Positions 38,952 through 48,910 are shown, counted from the stretch's first letter. The stretch: DNA of 64,000 bases from a bacterium (GCA_032250835.1 JAVVEA010000004.1:32001-96000), one strand, 5' to 3'. The notes: a model not told the origin generated them from the sequence alone. Numbers and translations: made by a program.

Positions 38952-39881
38952 ATGGATAGTAACCAAAAGCACCTGCTCCATTGGAAGGACTGGGACGCAG
39001 GCGAGATTCGCGAGGTTCTTGAACTGGCCGTAGATGCCAAGCTAAACCCCGAGAAATACGCCGAGGCGCTCAAGGCAAAGACCCTGGTCATGCTTTTCCA
39101 AAAAACCTCGACCCGCACTCGGGTCTCCTTTGAAGCAGGTATGACCGAATTAGGGGGACACGCCATCTATCTGGATTGGCGCAGTTCCAACTTTGGCTTG
39201 ACCCGTACTTGGTATGAGGCGGCTTATCTTTCGACCAACGCCCATATTTTGATGGCGCGGGTTAAGGAACACAGCGAGTTACAAGAAATCGCCAAAGGCT
39301 CTCGGGTGCCGGTGATCAACGGCTGCGACGACAAATACCACCCCTGTCAGGCCTTGGCCGACATGCTGACCATCCGGTTGGACCGGGGTTCCTTAGAAGG
39401 AGCCAAGCTCACCTACGTGGGCGTGATGAACAACGTGAGCAATAGCCTAGTCAGTCTGGCCCCGGTTTTTGGGGTACAGCTGACGCTGGTTTGTCCGGTG
39501 GCCCCTAAGGAAGACCGGGACCATGAAGTGCTCGAACAGGCGCGCCAAGCGGGGGTTTTAGTGGAAACGCTAGACGCTAAGGCGGCGGTGAAGGATGCGG
39601 ACTATGTCTACACCGACACCTGGGTCAATATGGAATATTTTAACGACCCCAGCGCGAAAGAACTCAAGGAAGAACGAATCCGTACCATGCTCCCTTATCA
39701 GGTCAATGCGGACCTCCTAAAAGGGAGTGCAGCCAAGGTGATGCACGATATGCCCATCCATCCGGGCTATGAGATCGCCGAAGAATTGGTCGAGGAGGAT
39801 CGTTCGATCATCTTCGAGCAAGCGTCAAACCGACTGCCTGCCCAAAAAGCGATTATGCTTCGGCTTTTGGGAAAGGCCTAA
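38952..39881 (+). CDS. argF: Ornithine carbamoyltransferase
   Basis: STRTRVSF, HPCQALAD, YTDTW, MHDMP. Confidence 0.9.
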   Translation: MDSNQKHLLHWKDWDAGEIREVLELAVDAKLNPEKYAEALKAKTLVMLFQKTSTRTRVSFEAGMTELGGHAIYLDWRSSNFGLTRTWYEAAYLSTNAHILMARVKEHSELQEIAKGSRVPVINGCDDKYHPCQALADMLTIRLDRGSLEGAKLTYVGVMNNVSNSLVSLAPVFGVQLTLVCPVAPKEDRDHEVLEQARQAGVLVETLDAKAAVKDADYVYTDTWVNMEYFNDPSAKELKEERIRTMLPYQVNADLLKGSAAKVMHDMPIHPGYEIAEELVEEDRSIIFEQASNRLPAQKAIMLRLLGKA

Positions 39882-39904
39882 CCGCTCCAAACCACGGGAG
39901 TGCC

Positions 39905-40561
39905 ATGAGACGACTTTTTCTCGCGCTGTTCGCGCTGAGCTTCGGGGCTATTGGGGTCTTTGCCCTCGATAGTTCGGAGATCCGCTCGGACCACGATTCC
40001 AAACCGGCGGCCAAACAGTACGACGACCCTCGTGAGGCTATCGCTAAGGTTCCCGCCTTTGTCACCGACCCCAGCACCGACCGACTGATCTACTACCCCT
40101 GTAGTAACTGCCACGGCGAGATGGTCAAGTCCAACCCCAAGGTGCGCTCCTTAGCGGACATGCATGTAGAGGTCAAGCTCAACCACGGCCAGGGTCGCTA
40201 TTGGTGTCTGACCTGCCACAACGAGAACGACCGCGACCATCTCTGGAGCCTTAAAAAGCAGCCGATCAGCTTCAATGAGTCTTATCTGCTTTGCGGCCAG
40301 TGCCACTTTGCCCGCCAGAAGGACTTCTTTTATGGCGGCCACGGCAAACGCAAGGCCAACTGGAATGGCCCCAAAAAGCTGACCAACTGTACCGAGTGCC
40401 ACAACCCGCACAATCCGGCCATCAGGCCCCGGGTGCCGCGTGTTAAGCCCGTCGCCCGGATGGGTTTAGAGGTGGTGCCCAGTGAGATGCATGGTGTCCA
40501 TAACCTTTGGGAAAAGCACCCCGGTAGCGAACCGACCGGCAAAGAGGAGCCTAAGGAATGA
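39905..40561 (+). CDS. Periplasmic tetraheme cytochrome c
   Basis: Signal peptide; CSNCH, CLTCH, CGQCH, CTECH. Confidence 0.92.
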   Translation: MRRLFLALFALSFGAIGVFALDSSEIRSDHDSKPAAKQYDDPREAIAKVPAFVTDPSTDRLIYYPCSNCHGEMVKSNPKVRSLADMHVEVKLNHGQGRYWCLTCHNENDRDHLWSLKKQPISFNESYLLCGQCHFARQKDFFYGGHGKRKANWNGPKKLTNCTECHNPHNPAIRPRVPRVKPVARMGLEVVPSEMHGVHNLWEKHPGSEPTGKEEPKE

Positions 40562-41520
40562 AGTTTCAAAACAACAATCAGCCGGACCCTAAACGCCGAG
40601 CTGCCTTAAAGGCCCTGGGCCTGGGGGCGGCCGTAGGGGCCGGAGCGCTCGCGTCTTCGGGCGGTACGCTCACCGCCGAGCAACGCCAAAAACATCATGG
40701 CGAAGAAACTTTCGAAGACCATTGGCATTCCTTCTTCCAACAGCACTACCAGCGCATGAGCGAAGAAGAAATTGAAGTGGTCTTGGAGCGCTTAGAACGC
40801 AAGTATAAAGCGATCTATGGCGTGGAGGTGAAGGTGGAGAATGAACAGCCTCTTGAAGGCGTGGTGTTCGGCTACGCGCTGAATATTTCCAAGTGCAAGG
40901 GCTACCGCGAATGCGTTAAAGGCTGCACCACCGAAAACAACCAGTCCAAGGACCCGGACCTGGAATACATCCGGGTGCTTGAGCTGGAAAAGGGCACCAT
41001 GAATTTGGAGACCGCCGACCATTATTATGGCGACGGGGAAACCAAAGTGCCCCAGCCGGGTAAGTTTTATCTGCCCGTACAGTGCCATCACTGCGAAAAC
41101 CCGCCCTGCGTTAAGGCCTGCCCTGTTAAGGCTACCTGGAAAGAGCCCGACGGGATTGTGGTGGTTGACTATAACTGGTGTATCGGCTGCCGTATGTGCG
41201 CCAACGCTTGCCCCTATTGGGCGCGCAAGTTTAACTGGCACGAGCCTAAGCTTCCGGTTGAGCAGGTCAACCCCGAGACCCACTACTTAGGCAACCGCCC
41301 CCGCTTTCAGGGCGTGATGGAGAAATGCACCTTCTGCATCCAGCGCACCCGTAACGGGCAGATGCCCGCTTGCCAAGAGGCCTGCCCCACCGGGGCCCGA
41401 GTCTTCGGCAACCTATTGGACCCCGATTCGGAGATCCGGTATGTGCTCGAAAACAAAAACGTTTTCCGCCTCAAAGAAGAATTGAACACGGAACCCAAGT
41501 TTTGGTACTACAGCGACTAG
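40558..41520 (+). CDS. NrfC/DsrO-like iron-sulfur protein with Tat-type signal
   Basis: KRRAALK; CHHCENPPCVKACP, CIGCRMCANACP, CTFC...CQEACP. Confidence 0.92.
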   Translation: MKFQNNNQPDPKRRAALKALGLGAAVGAGALASSGGTLTAEQRQKHHGEETFEDHWHSFFQQHYQRMSEEEIEVVLERLERKYKAIYGVEVKVENEQPLEGVVFGYALNISKCKGYRECVKGCTTENNQSKDPDLEYIRVLELEKGTMNLETADHYYGDGETKVPQPGKFYLPVQCHHCENPPCVKACPVKATWKEPDGIVVVDYNWCIGCRMCANACPYWARKFNWHEPKLPVEQVNPETHYLGNRPRFQGVMEKCTFCIQRTRNGQMPACQEACPTGARVFGNLLDPDSEIRYVLENKNVFRLKEELNTEPKFWYYSD

Positions 41521-41527
41521 AGGTCTC

Positions 41528-42826
41528 ATGAACTTATTGCGCTTCCTTTACGACTGCGGAAAAACCTCCCTTTCGGGCGGTCGCCTGTACTGGACTTGGA
41601 TCGGGGTACTCCTGTTCTTCATTTCTATGGGCGCTTTTACCTATATGGGCCAAGCCCAGGACGGCTTGGTGGTGACCGGCATGTCCGATCAGGTCAGTTG
41701 GGGCTTTTATGTCTCTAACTTTACCTTTTTGGTCGGCGTCGCCGCTGCGGCGGTGATGTTGGTGATCCCCGCCTATATCTTCCACAACGACGACGCCAAA
41801 CGGGTGGTCTTGTTGGGTGAGGGTTTGGCGGTCGCCGCTAGCTTGATGTGTATGCTCTTTGTGGCCGTGGACCTCGGTCGGCCGGACCGGATCTGGCACC
41901 TAAGCCCCTATCCGGGCATGTTTAACTGGCCCAGCAGCTTGCTGACCTGGGACGTAGTGGTGCTCAATGGGTATTTTGTGCTCAACCTGTTGATCCCCGG
42001 CTACATCCTTTACCACCAGTACCACAATCGGCCTTACAACAAGAAGTTGGTCTTTGCCGGGGCGGTGCTCTCGATGTTTTGGGCGATCTCGATCCATACG
42101 GTGACCGCCTTCTTGTTCGCTTCAAACACCGCAAGGCCCTTCTGGTCGAGCGCTTTGGTGGCTCCGCGCTTTTTGGCGACTGCCTTTTGCGCCGGTCCGG
42201 CCTTTATCATCATCACCTTCTTCATCATGGACAAGATCGCCAAGTACCAGATTGGCAATAAGGTGATCGACATGTTGGCGGTGATTGTGGCGGTGTCGAT
42301 GCAGATCAACATCATCATGCTGATCGCCGAGTTGTTCGTGGAGTTTTACGCCGAGGGGCAACACTCGGCCAGCGCCCACTACCTGTTTTTAGGGCTCGGC
42401 GGGAAGAGCGGTCTGACCGGTTGGATCTGGACGGCCCAGGCCTTTAACTTGACCGCCGTGGTGCTCTTGATGATCGAAAAAACCCGCAAAAACCGCAAGA
42501 CCTTGATCTTGGCTTGTGCTTTGGCGGTGGCCGGGATTTGGATCGAAAAGGGGATGGGTTTTGTGATCCCCGGTTTTATCCCCACCCCGCTGGGTGAAAT
42601 CTTCGAATACAAGCCCACCATCAACGAAGTGAAAATTTCGGGCATGGTCTTTGGCATTGGTTTCTTGGTCTTTACTTTCATGATGAAACCCCTGCGCGCC
42701 ATCCAGTTGGGCATCTTAAGCAACCCCGAACTAGACCGGATCGAGGCCGTCCGCATGCAGGACGAACAAGAAAAAGCTCACATGGAAGCCCAACTCAAGA
42801 GCTACGAAGAGAGCAGCAAGAGCTAA
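41528..42826 (+). CDS. NrfD/DsrP-like membrane anchor
   Basis: TGMSDQVSWG, DLGRPDR, SLLTWD, HTVTAFL; many TM helices. Confidence 0.92.
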   Translation: MNLLRFLYDCGKTSLSGGRLYWTWIGVLLFFISMGAFTYMGQAQDGLVVTGMSDQVSWGFYVSNFTFLVGVAAAAVMLVIPAYIFHNDDAKRVVLLGEGLAVAASLMCMLFVAVDLGRPDRIWHLSPYPGMFNWPSSLLTWDVVVLNGYFVLNLLIPGYILYHQYHNRPYNKKLVFAGAVLSMFWAISIHTVTAFLFASNTARPFWSSALVAPRFLATAFCAGPAFIIITFFIMDKIAKYQIGNKVIDMLAVIVAVSMQINIIMLIAELFVEFYAEGQHSASAHYLFLGLGGKSGLTGWIWTAQAFNLTAVVLLMIEKTRKNRKTLILACALAVAGIWIEKGMGFVIPGFIPTPLGEIFEYKPTINEVKISGMVFGIGFLVFTFMMKPLRAIQLGILSNPELDRIEAVRMQDEQEKAHMEAQLKSYEESSKS

Positions 42827-42855
42827 AGCTTCGTTAGTTTTTGTTCTAGCCTTCT

Positions 42856-42900
42856 CCCCAACAGCCCGCCCCGGATTCGCTCCGGGGCGGGCTGTTGGGG
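42856..42900. terminator. Perfect 20-bp hairpin between converging operons
   Basis: CCCCAACAGCCCGCCCCGGA-TTCGC-TCCGGGGCGGGCTGTTGGGG. Confidence 0.8.
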
Positions 42901-42974
42901 TTTGGAGTTTCGACAGATTAAACCGAATCACAGCTTACACCCGAATATCTCAATAAAAAACATTTTAAAGGGAT

Positions 42975-43913
42975 CTAATCCTTTGACGTCTTTAAGTGGA
43001 TGCCGACATAGCCGATTAAAACTTTGCCTTCCTCTTGCAAGGGTAGGAAGTGGATGCGTTGGTTTGCACTCATCATCTTTGTGTGCCGCTCGCATATCCT
43101 TTGACTCCCATCGGGGCACCTAAAAGTCCTCATTGCTTTTAGATCAGAATTAGTCATTGTGGGTTGCGATTCGAAGGACCAAGTCAGACCTTCTGGACTG
43201 AAGGGCCCGGCTTCCCAAGATTGCATTGTGTCGTTGAGTATCTGCAAATGTCGTTGGATTTCGCTAAAATATAGCTCGCTACCATTCAGTGCCATCAATT
43301 GTTTTTTTGCTGAATCGCAGAGTGCAATAAAGGGATAGCGTGATACTGCCTGTTGCACCAAATCAGCTCCTGATTTGACTTTTCCTTGCAGGTTTAGGAT
43401 TTCCTGCTGTCTTTTTTGAGCCTGCGCTGCACAGCTCAAGTTGGGGACCAATACTAGGCTGGATTCAATCTGCTCATTACAGAATTGTATCATTTCCAGC
43501 TGCAACTGATCGGCTTCAAACCGCTGGTCACCCTGAAAAGACAACACGAAGTTGTTGGTCTGATGGGCTAGTGCTAATCCAAGCGCAGGTGCGTCATGGT
43601 ATTTGTACTCTACCAAATTGTAATTCGCCCGATTTTCCAGTAGGTCCTCGATAAATGGCGCTTTAGAAACCATTGTGAGAAATAGTTGAAAGGTAGGGTC
43701 TCCTCGATTTTCGCGGTCATATATGCAATCGTAGACGCTTCGATCAGGGGTTAAGGGTCGTGTGGAAAAATCACGAGTAGTCCTGATACCAGTCGAAAAA
43801 CCAAATTTCTTCAACAGCAAAGACAGCTCTACAAATTGCTTAATACCTTGTCGTGCCTTGCTTCGATTTTGATAAGGCTGCTCAAGAGAACGTTCATTTA
43901 GAATTTGGTCCAT
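42975..43913 (-). CDS. Putative defence effector (Menshen NsnC-like) with RelE-like C-terminus
   Basis: Third gene of DUF262-DUF3696 operon; C-terminal HTK....RIHF......VLIGYVG.HL. Confidence 0.65.
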   Translation of the reverse strand: MDQILNERSLEQPYQNRSKARQGIKQFVELSLLLKKFGFSTGIRTTRDFSTRPLTPDRSVYDCIYDRENRGDPTFQLFLTMVSKAPFIEDLLENRANYNLVEYKYHDAPALGLALAHQTNNFVLSFQGDQRFEADQLQLEMIQFCNEQIESSLVLVPNLSCAAQAQKRQQEILNLQGKVKSGADLVQQAVSRYPFIALCDSAKKQLMALNGSELYFSEIQRHLQILNDTMQSWEAGPFSPEGLTWSFESQPTMTNSDLKAMRTFRCPDGSQRICERHTKMMSANQRIHFLPLQEEGKVLIGYVGIHLKTSKD

Positions 43914-43925
43914 ATAGCAAGCTGT

Positions 43926-45023
43926 TTACAAGAGGTCTGATAAGCTTTTTTCCCATTCGTCAAAGAAACCTTCCGGCCACTGGTCTAGCCTTCCGTCTCG
44001 GTCCAGTTTAGGGGTAATTCTGCAGGTGCTGTTGCGCTCTTTGTCGTGGTCAAAGAAATGAATTTTTACATCCTCGGGGCGGATTAGTTCTGTCTTGGCA
44101 GCAATCCGCACTCCGTTGAGGATGTGGTCACTGTGCGTTTCAACAATCACCTGAACGCCGTTGGCCGCCACCAAGGACAAAAAGCGTCCCAAGGCGGCTT
44201 GTCCCTTCGGGTGTAGGTGGGCCTCTGGGTTTTCGATCAGGATCAGGTCCCCTGGTTCAGCGCTCAAGCAGGCAACGAAGACGGGTAGGCTGTAGCTTAG
44301 ACCGAAGCCGACATTGGTCGCTCGGTAGGGGTTGCTTTCCAGGCCTCCCCGGACGAATGAGAACTTCATGCTCACCAAGTCTTGGTCGTCTTGGGTGTTC
44401 AACCGAATCCTAGGTTCCTGTCCGATTTCGGACAGCCATGCCTCGACTTGAAAGCGTAGACCTGCCTCAGGCTGTTTCGGGTGCATTAATTCTTTTATCG
44501 CCAAAGGCTTGCGCTCGTTGGTCGCGAGCAGATGCGGCGCAAACTCGCCCGATTTTCCCACCCGACTATATTTGACCGCTTCCTCGGCGACCAGTGCAGC
44601 AGCGATTCGTGGCCCCAACCGTTCAGCCTGCAGGTAATAGAAACCGGGCTTGTTTATAAGCCCTAGGCTCTCGGGGGTGGGCGCATTTTTTAGGCTCAGG
44701 TGTCGTTTTTTCTTGTCGATTGCGTTCATGTCGAAGACCAACGAGCATCCGTCCGAACCGGTAATTTTCAGCCGAATCCGATCATCTTCGGCAAAATCAA
44801 AAAGCAGGTCGTCGGCTTGCCCTAGATTCACTAAAGGGCCGTTCAAACAGGCTCCCAATTCCCCTAGCCGGTCTACCACCGCCGATTGGCGAAGCAAGAG
44901 CAGTGATTGCAGCACAGTGCTTTTACCCATGCCGTTGATACCTGAGAGCAGAGTTAAGGGGCCCAAGGGGATATGCTCGTCTTGGTAACATTTGAAGTTC
45001 ACCAACTGAATCGACTGGATCAT
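43926..45023 (-). CDS. ABC-type ATPase AAA_21 + DUF3696 (Menshen NsnB-like)
   Basis: GINGMGKS, NVGFG, IENPEAHLHP, ETHSDH, WPEGFFD. Confidence 0.9.
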   Translation of the reverse strand: MIQSIQLVNFKCYQDEHIPLGPLTLLSGINGMGKSTVLQSLLLLRQSAVVDRLGELGACLNGPLVNLGQADDLLFDFAEDDRIRLKITGSDGCSLVFDMNAIDKKKRHLSLKNAPTPESLGLINKPGFYYLQAERLGPRIAAALVAEEAVKYSRVGKSGEFAPHLLATNERKPLAIKELMHPKQPEAGLRFQVEAWLSEIGQEPRIRLNTQDDQDLVSMKFSFVRGGLESNPYRATNVGFGLSYSLPVFVACLSAEPGDLILIENPEAHLHPKGQAALGRFLSLVAANGVQVIVETHSDHILNGVRIAAKTELIRPEDVKIHFFDHDKERNSTCRITPKLDRDGRLDQWPEGFFDEWEKSLSDLL

Positions 45024-46153
45024 TGCAAGGTCTCCTGAATGATGAGACCAATCTGCTCAAATCTCATTCGCACCCGTTTGACCGACCCGGTCCCCTGGGT
45101 GATGGCGCTTTCGAAGGGTTTGTTGTGCATCAAATTGATGAAGCGTCTCTTAAGGTCGTTCTGTCGTTCGATCAGTCGTTTCACCTCGTCTGAGTTCAAG
45201 GCACCGAGGTTGACGCTCCACGATTCAAAGAGAGCCTTGTTGATCTGTGAACGGCCTGCCTCCCAATCAAATCGTTTTCGGAACGCATCGTTTTCGAACA
45301 ATTTATAGGCAGTCTCCATCGCTAATTGAAACCGAGTCTTCAACTGCGCCAAATCCTCGTCGCTACTTTCATTCAGACGGCTCATCGCTTGGTGTAGGAA
45401 TAGGTCGAAGTTATCCTCGTCATACTGCTCTGGAGATGTCATCGAAAAGGCTAGAAAGCGCAGTGCGCATTCTCTGTCGTCCATTCGCTTGGAAGGAATG
45501 CTTCCCGCTGTAGCCTGTTTGAAACAGTCCATCTCAACTAATTCCTTCAGGAAAACGGTTGCTTTCCCTTGGTTAAGTGCATGCCGGATTTCCTGGGCTG
45601 AGAGGGGCTGACCGCCAGTGTTGATCCGTTTGAAAATGTCAAACTTCACCCGATGGGGGGTGCCTGGCTGAATGAGATAGACTACCAGGCTGGTCTCCTC
45701 AATCCGACGTTGCAGCGCTCGAGATAGATCATCAAAGCACTTGCCTTCATAATCATGCAGGAACTCTAGCCCCTTGAGCTGTAGGCTCTTGTCGATCACG
45801 AACTTCTTGATCGTGGTCAAGCGTTGCAAGCCATCAACCACCAACCAACGTTCATCGTCGCTGGCATCGAAGTAAAAAGCTGGTAGGGGTATCTTGATCA
45901 GCAAGGATTCGATCAATCGGCTTTCCGCCTCGATCCTCCAAACGCCGCCGTAACGTTGGAAATCTGGGGCCATATCGATCTCTTCATTCTTCATTCTGCG
46001 GATCAACACGTCCAAAGTGGGTGTTTTGGTGTCCACCCGAATTTGGCTAGGATCAAAGGGGGAGCGAATATCCACCTCGTCGTTGCTTGTATCGTCGCCT
46101 TCTAGCGGTGCTTGCTCTTCAGGAATGGTGACAAAACTTCTTTCTTCTGGCAT
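45020..46153 (-). CDS. DUF262 (ParB/GmrS-like) protein (Menshen NsnA-like)
   Basis: PDFQR, IESLL..IPLP, VDGLQRLTT, IFKRINTGG..LS.QEIR. Confidence 0.92.
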   Translation of the reverse strand: MPEERSFVTIPEEQAPLEGDDTSNDEVDIRSPFDPSQIRVDTKTPTLDVLIRRMKNEEIDMAPDFQRYGGVWRIEAESRLIESLLIKIPLPAFYFDASDDERWLVVDGLQRLTTIKKFVIDKSLQLKGLEFLHDYEGKCFDDLSRALQRRIEETSLVVYLIQPGTPHRVKFDIFKRINTGGQPLSAQEIRHALNQGKATVFLKELVEMDCFKQATAGSIPSKRMDDRECALRFLAFSMTSPEQYDEDNFDLFLHQAMSRLNESSDEDLAQLKTRFQLAMETAYKLFENDAFRKRFDWEAGRSQINKALFESWSVNLGALNSDEVKRLIERQNDLKRRFINLMHNKPFESAITQGTGSVKRVRMRFEQIGLIIQETLQ

Positions 46154-46506
46154 TTGATTCGATTGAAAAGGTTCCGTTGGGATTTGCCCCCAGGTGGAAG
46201 CCGATCCCGAGCAAAGTCCGCGATCCCCTTTGATATGTATCTAATTTTTTCGTTACTTCAAAGCGAAAGTTCTTTGTATTGCTATTTGGGGATGTCAGAT
46301 GTCACTGTTTTGATCTTTTCCCTTTTTGTACTTTTCCATCCGCTCTCAAACATCGCTGAACTCGCTTATTGGAGTAGGAGCACCAAGGGTCGATGCCCCC
46401 TGGACCCCTCTTGTTTTCGTCTCTTTCAGATTCTTGGGCACTCCCCTGGCTAGCTAGGCCTTTGTTTCCCTCCCCACCAACTCCCCTCAAGTTTAGCGCA
46501 AACTCG

Positions 46507-46535
46507 TTGCAATAAGGTGAACAAATGTATACTAT
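46507..46535 (+). promoter_or_regulatory. imuA promoter with LexA-like operator
   Basis: TTGCAA-17nt-TACTAT; overlapping GTGAAC-AAAT-GTATAC (46517-46532). Confidence 0.65.
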
Positions 46536-46578
46536 ATGGGTGAGATCAACGGACCTTTAACGAGGGAGCCAAACCGCC

Positions 46579-47259
46579 ATGAACGCAGAACAGATCAGCT
46601 TTGAGTCACAACCAAAGGCCCAAGTGCTGCGCCAGCAGTTGTTGGGTCAGGGGCTGCGTCTGGGTCCGGCGGGGCGGCCCCGGCGGTTGCTTTCGGGGCG
46701 GCCTGGGTTAGACCAGTTTTTAGAGGGCGGGTTGCCCTTAGGCGGCCTGACCGAATGGGGCCTGCCGCTGGGTTCTGAGGGGCGGGCGCTGTTGATGCCT
46801 TACTTAGCGGCGGCGACCGGCACGGCCCAAGGGGGCCCCCATTGGTGTCTGTGGATTTCTTGCCATGACGACTGGAAGCCCTTCCCGCCTGCTTTTTTGG
46901 CCGCCGGGGTGGCCGCCGAACGGTTGGTTTTCGCCGAAAGCCGCGACCCGCTCAAGGACCTGCAACCAGCGCTGGTCCATCCCTTGTTCCGCCTGTTGGT
47001 CTTAGATAGTCCGCCCCGGCTGGGCCGGGGGGCCCTTTCCTTCTTAGAGGCCCGTGCCCGCACCCAGGGGCAGGCGGTTTTGGTGCTGCGGCCCTTTTTT
47101 CTGTCCAACAAACTGGGCAACGTCTGGGCTCGCTTTCGGGTTAACGGTTGGCGGCGTCCCGATGGGAACTGGCAACTCAAGGCGTTGCGCGGCCTAAGGG
47201 CCCAAGAAATGAGCCTGAGCGCCGAGGACCTGACCGGGCCGCTGGCCCCCACAAGGTAG
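46579..47259 (+). CDS. imuA: ImuA-like (RecA/SulA-fold) protein
   Basis: LDQFL.GGLP.GGLTE, FPPAF...GV...RL, LLVLD; first gene of dnaE2 cassette. Confidence 0.78.
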   Translation: MNAEQISFESQPKAQVLRQQLLGQGLRLGPAGRPRRLLSGRPGLDQFLEGGLPLGGLTEWGLPLGSEGRALLMPYLAAATGTAQGGPHWCLWISCHDDWKPFPPAFLAAGVAAERLVFAESRDPLKDLQPALVHPLFRLLVLDSPPRLGRGALSFLEARARTQGQAVLVLRPFFLSNKLGNVWARFRVNGWRRPDGNWQLKALRGLRAQEMSLSAEDLTGPLAPTR

Positions 47260-47266
47260 AGGGCCT

Positions 47267-48850
47267 ATGCTGCTGCGCCACCGGGGGGCCTTGGGCCCCT
47301 ATTTAGCTTTAAAGTGCCACGACCTGCCCCCGGCCTTGGCCTTGAAGCCTCTGGCCCAAAATCCGGAACCCCAGGGGGCCGCCGAGGGTTTGGAGCTGTT
47401 GCCCTTTGCGAAGCAGGGATCAGAGGCCCCTCAGGCAGTTGTTTTGGGGCCTGAGTTGGGGGCTGAGCCGCCGCCTGAGGCGCTGTGGTGCTTGAGTCCT
47501 GAGGTGATGGATTTTGGGGATGGTTTGTGGTTGATGGCCTTGGGGCCGACCTTAAGTTATTGGAAGGGCCGGGCCGCCCAGTTGGATACCGGCTTGGCGG
47601 CACTCTGGCGGCGGGTGTTGGACCGGCTTTTTGGCAGCGCCCCGCCGGGCGTTTTGGCCCCAGACCCCGGCTACCGAGCGGCGATTGCCGGGCATCCTTG
47701 GGCGGCGGTGTTGTTGTTAGAGGCCCAGGCGGAGCGGAATTTGGGCGGCTTGGTGACCGCCGAGGGGCGGCGCGGGGGCGAGTTGTGGCAGCGTTGTTCT
47801 TGGGGGGCCTGGGACCGGGCCTTGGCCCGGCTCACGCCACACTTAGAGGAGCGCAAAGGCTTTAAGGCCGCCGGATTCCGCCGCCAGCGGACCCGGCTGT
47901 TGCAGGCAGTCCACCGGTTGGGTTTGGACCGGCCCCAGGAGGCGCGGATTTTACCGGCCCAGGGGATCGGCCAGCGTTACGGCGGCCTGTTAGCCGACCT
48001 TTGGGCCTTGAGCTTTGGCCAGTCGCAGCCCGAGGCGGACCCCTTTCCTTGGAAGCCGCTGGCCCCCAAGCCCCCCGCCCAGGTGCGGCGGGTCTTGGAG
48101 TACAATATTTTTGAATGGGAGGCGGCGGTTCCTTTTTTGATCGAAGACCTGGACCGCTTGGCGGACTTGGCCCCAGAGCGGCAGGTCTTGGCTTTAGGCT
48201 GGCGGGTGTGGCTTGAAGACGGGGACCCTTTGGAATTGGAGTTGGATTTCCGCCACCCCCATGCCTTAGAGGTCGAGCGGGGCCAGCAGAAAACGGCGCT
48301 GACCCGTGCGCAGTTGGTTTTTGAGGCCGCGCGGCTTCAGTCCTTTCGGGTTGAGGAAGGGCGCGAAGAGGTGTTTTTTGAAGCCCCCCCGATGATCGGT
48401 TGGGAGCTGTCTTTGTTGCGTTCCGTAGAAGAGCCCAACTTGATGTTGGATCTCTTTGGCGGTTTGGCGGCCGAGCGGAGTGAGTTGGAGGCTTTGGCTT
48501 CTTTGGAGAACCTTTTGGAGGTGCCGTTGCAGCGTTATGCACCGGTCTGGGACTGGCTGCCTGAGGATTCTTATGAACCCTGGGGCAGCGCGGGGGATAG
48601 CGAGGCGGTTTTATTTGAGCCCTCTTTGCTGGACGCCGCGCGGCAGCGTCCGTTATTTCTGCGGCGTGAGGCGGTTGCTTTGGAGGGGCCGCCTTGGGGG
48701 GCGGTTTTTTGTGAGAGTGTTTCGGCGAAGTGGTGGGGGCTTCCGGGGACGGTGGCGCGGGAGTATTTTCGGTTTCGGCGGGGGCCGAAGTGGTTTTGGG
48801 GGTACCGCGATGAGCGGGGGGATTGGTTTGAGCAGGGGGTGTTTGGATAA
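47267..48850 (+). CDS. imuB: Divergent ImuB-like protein (inactive Y-family polymerase)
   Basis: C-terminal RPLFL, KWW...REYF, W.YRD...WF..GVF; position between imuA and dnaE2. Confidence 0.7.
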   Translation: MLLRHRGALGPYLALKCHDLPPALALKPLAQNPEPQGAAEGLELLPFAKQGSEAPQAVVLGPELGAEPPPEALWCLSPEVMDFGDGLWLMALGPTLSYWKGRAAQLDTGLAALWRRVLDRLFGSAPPGVLAPDPGYRAAIAGHPWAAVLLLEAQAERNLGGLVTAEGRRGGELWQRCSWGAWDRALARLTPHLEERKGFKAAGFRRQRTRLLQAVHRLGLDRPQEARILPAQGIGQRYGGLLADLWALSFGQSQPEADPFPWKPLAPKPPAQVRRVLEYNIFEWEAAVPFLIEDLDRLADLAPERQVLALGWRVWLEDGDPLELELDFRHPHALEVERGQQKTALTRAQLVFEAARLQSFRVEEGREEVFFEAPPMIGWELSLLRSVEEPNLMLDLFGGLAAERSELEALASLENLLEVPLQRYAPVWDWLPEDSYEPWGSAGDSEAVLFEPSLLDAARQRPLFLRREAVALEGPPWGAVFCESVSAKWWGLPGTVAREYFRFRRGPKWFWGYRDERGDWFEQGVFG

Positions 48851-48872
48851 ATTTTTAGGCGGTGCCACCGCC

Positions 48873-48910
48873 GCGAGCGTTGCTCACATAAAACCATCGG
48901 CGCAGCCGAT
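48873..48910 (+). repeat. Small repeat family 2, partial copy
   Basis: GCGAGCGTTGCTCACATAAAACCATCGGCGCAGCCGAT matches 3' parts of inserts at 49163-49258 and 49417-49516. Confidence 0.7.
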
